Source: Octopus sinensis
Taxonomy: Eukaryota
Direction: 5' to 3'
DNA: 64,000 bases
Assembly (NCBI RefSeq): GCF_006345805.1
Contig: NC_043010.1
Location: 6,014,001 to 6,078,000 of the forward strand
Part shown: piece by piece, positions 1-8,025 of the stretch
Layout of the letters: each line of letters starts with the position of its first letter
Numbering within the stretch: position 1 is the stretch's first letter
Notes under the pieces: generated by a model
Databases searched by the model: none
What the model saw: the letters and a program-made list of their open reading frames with translations, nothing else
Told to the model about the DNA's origin: nothing
Made by a program: the position numbers and the translations under genes

Positions 1-247
1 TTTATCAATACAATAAATGAGATTAAATAGGAACCAAATAATTGGGTTGATTTACTGTAAATTAAAATCTAAAAAACAGAATCTGAAAACTAACAGAAAC
101 TAATGAATGAAACATTATTGATGCGTGTTCTACTATGAAATGAAATATTGTTTTGTTATTAATATTTTCTTTTAATGTATTCCTTACTGAAATTGTATTG
201 CCTGTCTTGAGAAAATAATGCTTTGTTATGTTCTTGAAATTATGCTA

Positions 248-3200
248 TTAGACGTCTGTTGCAGACAGGGGAGGAAGTGGAGGTACCTGGGGTGATGAAG
301 GTACCTTCGGTAGTGTTGTTATTTTGGGTACAGCTGGCAGAGATGGTTTACAGTCTGAAGTAAACTGACTTTTCACTGGTACTGTAGAATGTTGTCCAGT
401 TATGTTAGATGTGATCCCAGTAATAGTCAAAGGTGTTTGGTCAATCGAACAGGAAGTGTTATTATCGACATTAGGTTGATGGTGATATCCATATTTGTTA
501 TCTCCCCTTGATCTGTTGAGTGTGTTTTGAAGTTGATTTCTCCTATTCCATGTCTGGTCACTTTGGTAACGGCACAGATCTAAAAAATAATGAGTTTGTA
601 TATGAATTTACTTTGCAATCAACAATTAACCTCATTAACATTTCTTTCGGGCATAAAATTATTCTCCATCTGTGCAGGTTTGCTTGCAAATTTTTAATTT
701 CTAAGAAACAACTTGATAATTTATTGATAACGAAGAAGATAATTAAATTCAGATAATTAACATTCTCATTTTTAATTAGGGATTAGTCTTGAAAACGAAT
801 TTTCCAAGAAAAATACATGTAAAGAAATTTTAATAGAACATTTTATACAATCAATATCTTAACCCCTATTTCTGAAAGTGTTACAAATGGACAATAATCA
901 TTAATTTGAAATTAAATCATAGTCCTTTTTATTTGGAGACTGGTGGAATGAAAGCTCCCTTGTTTGAAAAGCATTCAATGGATTAGTTACAGAAAGAGCC
1001 TCTAGGTGTAAAGCACTGCCTTAATATTCTACTCATCTGACTGATGCTAGCATAAGAAAAATGAACGTAAAAGGAATGAACAAACTAAATTAAATATATG
1101 TATTACGCTCTCATTAGGAAATATATTAAATTTAAAAGTTTCTTACAACTGAAGAAATGCTTGGTAATTTTATCTTACCTGGCAGTTCCTCATAATGTCC
1201 AGCACTACCGACACTCCAGCCTTGACCACTATCAGTGTGAGATGACAATGTTGACATCTCACTGAATTGGTCAGGATTGTTCAGTTCTCTGTAACCTGGA
1301 GACATACTTTCCTCTCTGGGAATAAAAATCTATAAATATAAACCCAATGGATCATCAAGATGTTCTGAACGTTCAAAAAAAGAAATATATCTCAAAGATT
1401 TAGACAATTCTAAGGAATTTTAATCATTGTATACTCTAAGTTCTAAACTTTCTGAAGTCTACAAGTAATTTCCTAGAAAGATGACCTCAAAACATCAGTC
1501 AGAATATATATAGGTAATTTTTAGTATATTGTATTTACTCTGTCTCCAGGATATCTTCATCATCGCCATCTCAGAGTGCTATGACTTTTGAGTTTATAAT
1601 ATTCAAAGAAGCTTCAATTAGTAAGAAATAATCATATATTAATTTAGTTGCTCCAGTAAGCTAAGGATATGAACAATAACAAGCAGAGGTAATAATTCAA
1701 TTTGAAAACAGCAGTCGAGTTTCAAACTAACTTTTCAAATTGTATCTGACAGTTTATTAGTATTACCCTAGTAACATAGGAAAACTATTCTACAGGTGAA
1801 AATAGCAGACCTGTTTTATTCATGTCTAATGATGACTGCAATTGTACAGATAAGATTAGCAATTGTCTAAAATACTGTGTATATAACATTCCTCCAACCA
1901 TAAAGATTGCACGTGTCAATAAATATTTGTTACTTCTCAATTTCCTTTGCAGCATTCACATGAAGTTTTTCTAGGAATACCCAAAATTGAAAAGAATGCA
2001 AAAATACATTTGGAAAAGATTGATGAACAATAAAGGGAATGATTTAAATGTAAAATAGTGAGAGTGGTCATCATCATCATTGAACATCAGTTCTCCATGC
2101 TGACATGGGATGGAGAGTAGGACAGGAGTTAGCTAGCTTGAGAGCTGTCCATGCTTCATCTCCCTATTTTTCTATAGTTTCTATGAAGGGATGCATTTCC
2201 TAACACCAACCACTTAACATGGTGGGTGCTTTTATATGGCCCCAACATGGGAACTGTTACGTAAAACCTCTATAGGCAATTTTACATGAAGCATGCAACA
2301 GCTATTTTTTCCTTGATATTTCAAATAAATATAAGCAATTTACCTGTTCAGGTCTGTTCAAAGTAAAATCGTTCCACTTATCACATGGCATGGTTCTGCA
2401 GTAAGTATCTTCCCTATAAACCTTTGATTCTTGAGATGGCTTCAGTTTTCTCGACATCGTGTACGAAATGCCAGGTGGAACACAGGTAGGATCAAATATA
2501 TATTTTGATTGTACGTTTAATGCAGGTGTAACCTTGTGGTACATATCAACACTGTTGTTATAGTTGCTGTCTGTCTGCTTCAGTCTATGAACTATACAGA
2601 TTGATATAGAGATCACTATGACAACTGATACGATCACAGCTGCTATAACAATAACAATCATCACATTCAATTGGAGACCATTACTTGATTCTGTTGTTGT
2701 CTTTGAAGGGGTCTTAAATATCTTTGATGTGGTGTTACTAACTGTGAGAGTCAAAGACAAAGTTGTTGTCGATGACAGAACTGGACTGCCACTGTCTTTC
2801 ACACCTAATTCCAGTTCATAGAATCCAGCATCATTTTGGTAAAGTGAGCGAGAGAAAGATAAGACACCAGAGTGATGGTTCATTTGAAATAAGTGTTTCT
2901 CATTACCTCTGAGTATTTCATATGTGAGGAAGGCATTGTGTTGGCTGTCTCTGTCAGAGGCCCTAACAACTGTGATATCCTGGTCAGAGTGGGGATGGTA
3001 GTGGACATTAAGAGTGAAAGGGTCAACATTAGGGAAACTGAAATAGGGAGCATTATCATTTAAATCCATAACCTCAACAACAACATTTGCTCTCTTCTCC
3101 AGTGATGGTGTTCCTTTATCTTTTACTAAAACCTTAAACTCATACAGGTTCTTTTCTTCTCTGTCTAGGGACTCAGTTGTGGAAATGAATCCCACATCAG

Positions 3201-4731
3201 ATATCTGAAATGGTAGAATATCTTTTCCATTAGATAATAGAGAATAGGTTAATTGTCCTCCATCTCCAATATCTGGGTCTGTGGCATTGACATAGCCAAC
3301 AGGGAAGTCTTTGTGTTCATTTTCATAGGTGAGAAACTTAAATATGTCCTGACTAAACTGAGGTTGTACATCATTTATGTCAGTGACCAGCACAGAAAAC
3401 TGTTTCTCTACTTTCAATGGAGGTAAACCATTATCTTGACATTTAATGGTGAAATTAAAGCTCTTCTCACTCTCTCTATCTATTTCACTCTTGACAACAA
3501 CTTTGTAATTCTTTTCAGACTCTGCGATAAGCTGAAGATATCTATTTTGTAAATGACACTTCACTTGTCCATTTTTTCCACTGTCATTGTCAATAGCATT
3601 GACAAAAGCAACAAAACTGTGAATTAAAGTTCCTTCTGAGATGACTGCTGTGTTTCCAGTCGACTTGAAGACAAATTTGACATCAATTTTGGGAGGATTG
3701 TTAAGATGACTGATTCCAGTTACAAGAACAGTTGCAGTTGAGGACATTGGTGGGTTACCATTATCCCTTGCTTCAACAAACAATTTATATATCCTTCCAA
3801 ATTGAAATTCTTTCTTCAGAAACAAATATCCAGTTACTTCATCTAATCTGAAAAACTGTTCAGTATATTTTGATGTTATGGCATTGAAAAAATAAGATAT
3901 TAATCCATTTTCTCCTTCATCTAAATCCGTAGCCAACAGCTTTGCAATCGGTTTGTTTAACTGGTGTGTGTCATTTACAGTGACATTATAAGTATTTTGA
4001 GAGAACACAGGGAAATTATCATTAATATCTTTAATAATTATTTTTATATGAAGTACACCTTCTTTCTGTGGTGACCCATTATCTCTGGCAATAAGCTGAA
4101 TATCGTAAATGCTTTTTGTCTCACGATCTAAGACATTTTCAAGGTTTAGTTGCAATAAATCAGATCCATCCAATTTTTTAGAAACAATCAATTTAAAAGG
4201 AGTATTTAAATTTTCAATCTCATATGTAATTTTGGAATTCTGAATACTGACATCATTATCAATGGCATTTGGAATTATATGCCTGGTTCCTATTAGAACG
4301 CTTTCATCAAATTTTAAATGAAATTCCTTTTTTGGAAACTTTGGAGAATTATCATTAACATCTTCTATTATAACTTTGAGTTTTAATATCTTAATAACAG
4401 AATAGCCATGTTGAACAGTTATTTCCAATATTCTGAAACATTCCACATTATATTGACACAGAATTTCTGCATCCAATATGGCAGCAGTGTACAAGTGTCC
4501 TCCCTGTGTAACATTAAATAACTGGTCTGTTTCATCAGAACTTCTCTGAAGTACATTAAACATCAGTTTGCTGTTATCGTCAAGAGATGGTACAGTATCC
4601 AATAAGTGTGTATCAGTGACAATATCTCCAATAAAGCTGTGTATATCATTGTTCTCTTTCACATGGTAGGTATGATCCACACACCAACAATTGTTAACCA
4701 TTAACAACACCAACCAAAGTATGTATAACAT
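248..4731 (-). CDS. Pcdh: Protocadherin gene 1 (6 EC + TM + cytoplasmic tail), about 956 aa; coding exons 4731-2344, 1329-1179, 579-248
   Basis: Signal peptide, EC1 C-X5-C motif (LCQYNVEC), DxNDN/DRE/DxD cadherin motifs and a hydrophobic TM helix. Donor CAG|GTAAAT at 2344/2343; 151-nt exon TAG|ATT...CCAG|GTAAGA; acceptor TTTAG|ATCTG at 579. Phases 0 and 1 keep the frame open to the stop at 248. Symbol is family-level only. Confidence 0.93.
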
Positions 4732-6720
4732 GGTTACAGTCTACAATTCTGTTACAAGGAAATATATGTATAATGTTATTGAAACCTATGAAATAATGAC
4801 TTCTGGAATATTTTCTTCTGTTATCACCTGTAAACATATGAAACATAAAAGCTAATTATGCATTAACAAAGATGAAGTAATCTAGAAAATTCACATCACT
4901 GAAAACTGGTAGCAATACAAAATTTTACCAACATATTACAAGGTACGCAAAAAAAATCTACATTATCGTTCCATTCTTTATCTTTATATGCATTTGATAG
5001 AATTTAAAGTTATTTTCCTCCTACACATTTAAGTTATGTTTTAGTGTGAAAAAATATTACATCAATTGTATAATCTCACCCTTGTAACAAACATTTCTTA
5101 AATTTTCATCATTTCAAGATCCTAATTTATACTTCAAATAAAAGAAGGAAGCATATTAACATATGTTTGACTGGTCTACATCTGTTAATTTATCTTCAAT
5201 TCTCATTTTGTGTACTAAGAAATGAAGCCTACACTGACAATTAATGAACCTTTTCCAAATATCAGTCAAATCTCCCTCAAATCACAAACTATCATAATAT
5301 TTAAGAAGGGGACATATTGGATAATGTATATCAAAGTCCAGCATGGCACAAGACAAGAAGATATGATTATTATGGTTAGAACTGCCTTTGATTATTGATC
5401 TATCCAATTAGAAACAACAGGAGATTTAAATTTTGATTGGCAGTCAAGTAATATATGATTAGCTTTTCCACTGAAATCATGTTTCTATACATTATCCACA
5501 ATCAGTCTGATTAATAAATGATAAAAGCATTTTTCAGCAATAAATTCATAATCACATTATGATAAGCAGTAAGTTTTGTAGTCTGAAGAATATCCAGTTC
5601 AGCTTTTCAGCAATTTGCTGTAGAAAGAAAAACTTAATTTTTGTTGTAACATTCTAAAAGCACAATATGCTATGGGGTTTACTTTTTCTGTGGCCGTGTG
5701 TTTACCGTTGGCTATTTTCTTTCTCCGTCTTCCCTTCCTTGGACCTTTCCTTTTTCTATGTTTCTGATGAAGAGCTCCGCTTGAAATGTTGAATACTCCA
5801 TCTTTCATTTCTTTCCTAAGTGTCGAAGAACTCTGTACTTGTTCCACGTCCTCGCGTTGATGTCTTTTCTCTTTATTCATTTTTGGAGTAACTATATATA
5901 TATATATATATACACAAATAGAAATTTCTATCGGTTTGTTTTGAGACGCATAAATTATAATGGTTATTGACAATTTTTGTCTTTTTTTCGGTATATTTGG
6001 CATTAGAATTTTTCTTTTGCCCTTATTTTTGTACATTATTTATAAATTTAACCTTTAAAGGTATTTTTTGATATGCTGGCCAGTGGTGTTGTTTAACTGA
6101 ATAGCATCTTTGTTCTCCATCATCCCATAACTAAACTCAATACTCAATATGCATCAGGAAGACAAGTTGAAATGAATGTTCCTGAGTCACAATCTGTAAT
6201 TCACTATTTGATGAAAAGGAAGTAAAAGATAAAACTAACAGAACACTAACTAAAGGAGTTGTTGCCCTTTGATTCTGACCTAAAAATAACAAAAAACAAA
6301 TAATGTCTGCCTAACAGTCTAAGCTGAACAAAATAATTTCCTTCATCACATCTCCCTTCTAATTACTAATATTTAGCATCATTCTCACATTAAACATTTG
6401 CCAATCTAATCACAATTAAACAATCAGTAATTTAGTGATTCCCTGGAACAGTAAAATTACAAATTTTAAAATTTAGTAAAATTATATCTTTCCTAAAATT
6501 TACCATTCTAGACGGTCTTTGAGAAATAATATTTATATTTTAGATTTGATGAATGGAAATCATGACAAGGTACAAATATCTGTGAAAAATTCTAACAATA
6601 AGTAAACTTACTCTATTTTTACATCCTGTCTGTAACAGTAGAATGAACTTTTGATTAAATAAAAGATTTGAAAAATATACAAAAGATTACACAACAGAAT
6701 AAGTTCTAATAAGTACTTAC

Positions 6721-6960
6721 CAACAGGTATCAGTTATTTATATAGTTGTTGCTGTGCTGTTTCAGGGTTTTGGTAACAAAGTTATATCAGTAGCAGAAGT
6801 TCTGAGTAGTTTGGTATGTGACAGTGTTATGTAGTTCTATGGAGTTGGTTGTGTAGTGTGTAATGTGTGTTGTAGCCAATGACAAGCTGTCTTTTATTCC
6901 AGTGCAAGGAAACGGAAATACAGCCTCCAACTTTTGCAGTTAATGATGGACTGACTCACA
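6721..6960 (-). promoter_or_regulatory. Conserved promoter cassette + non-coding leader exon of gene 1 (donor GTTG|GTAAGT at 6721/6720)
   Basis: Plus strand reads agCCAATgacaagctgtcttttattccagtgcaaGGAAacGGAAatacagcctccaacttttgcagt...TGACTCA (6952-6958). The same block recurs upstream of all six genes and ends in a consensus 5' splice site. TSS not determinable. Confidence 0.8.
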
Positions 6961-8025
6961 GACTGGTTTACTTAACCCACACCCACTTACATATATATGT
7001 GAATGTGTGTTAGTACATAAATGAATAAGGAAGAAATGTCTAATGACTAGAATGAAGTGGACAGGCAATAAATTCAGTATGGAAAATATTGATTCAAAAT
7101 AATGTTAATATAAATGTGTAAAAGTATAAGGAACCTAACTTTAGTAACTTTATGTTACAAACTGCACATAACTCTCAGAAAAGTTATCATGGAACCAAAA
7201 TAAAATTGATTCATATAAAAAATAAATATTTGGAAATATTATTATATTAATACAATAAAACAGCAGTTGAATCATAGAGAAAATTTTTTTAGAAAATACG
7301 AAACTAAGGCTATCAATAAACTTATTTCTGTTCAGCAGAAATGTGTGAAGTAAAACACTGAAGAACAGCAGAATAAGAGAATGAGCAGAAAGAATGATAT
7401 TTACCAAACCTTTTGCATTTGTTAGGTTAAAGGGGTTTACTTCATTTTGGATTTCATAGATTTCCTCAGAATTAATAATAATAATATTGAAGAATTTCAT
7501 AAAGAACAGAAGTGGAAGGCAACTACTAATAGATATAACTTCTACAAACTACCATAGTAAAATATTCTGTAAATCTCAGATTTTCTAACAAAACATTAAC
7601 ATCTTGGAGCCTTCGGAGTGAACACTGATAGCATTACACAATATAAATATAAGATTATTAAGATTTTGCTATTTCAGAAATGGATTTGCAGAGAAGTTAG
7701 AATGTTGAATAAAATGTTTGCCGTATTTAGTTACAAATTATTATGCACTGTGCTAAAATTGCTCTGAGATTAGATTTATTTTATCAATACAATAAATGAA
7801 ATTAAATACAAACCAAATAATTCGGTTGATTTACTGTAAATTAAAATCTAAAAACAGAATCTGAAAACTAACAGAAACTAATGAATGAAACATTATTGAT
7901 GCGTGTTCTACTATGAAATGAAATATTGTTTTGTTATTAATATTTTCTTTTAATGTATTCCTTACTGGAAATGTATTGCCTGTCTTGAGAAAATAATGCT
8001 TTGTTATGTTCTTGAAATGATGCTA

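Noticed and set aside
248-1329. Shared constant exons as in vertebrate alpha/gamma clusters
   Set aside because: Each unit has its own middle and terminal exon; no single shared constant region is visible in this window.
1179-1329. ITAM, CM2 (GHSDxCWMP) or WIRS motifs in the tail
   Set aside because: The two YxxL motifs are about 30 residues apart (an ITAM needs 6-8), and no CM2 or WIRS consensus is visible.
2302-2343. C-terminal extensions of the large ORFs past the splice donor (VNCLYLF..., VSYLDY..., VRFFSY..., VKYLSAI)
   Set aside because: These are intron read-through beyond a conserved CAG|GT donor; they are unconserved in length and sequence.
2618-2821. Recurrent plus-strand 67-aa ORF MTTDTITAAITITIITF (also 10415, 19438, 33286, 58597)
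   Set aside because: Antisense shadow of the TM/EC6 coding block; it recurs only because that block is homogenised.
5599-6036. 145-aa basic ORF with NLS-like stretch
   Set aside because: Spans a (TA)n tract and the reverse strand of a pyrimidine-rich repeat; no domain; absent from the sister unit.
6874-6960. Vertebrate-type CSE/CTCF motif in the promoter cassette
   Set aside because: No convincing match to the CTCF consensus by eye; a PWM scan would be needed to exclude a weak site.
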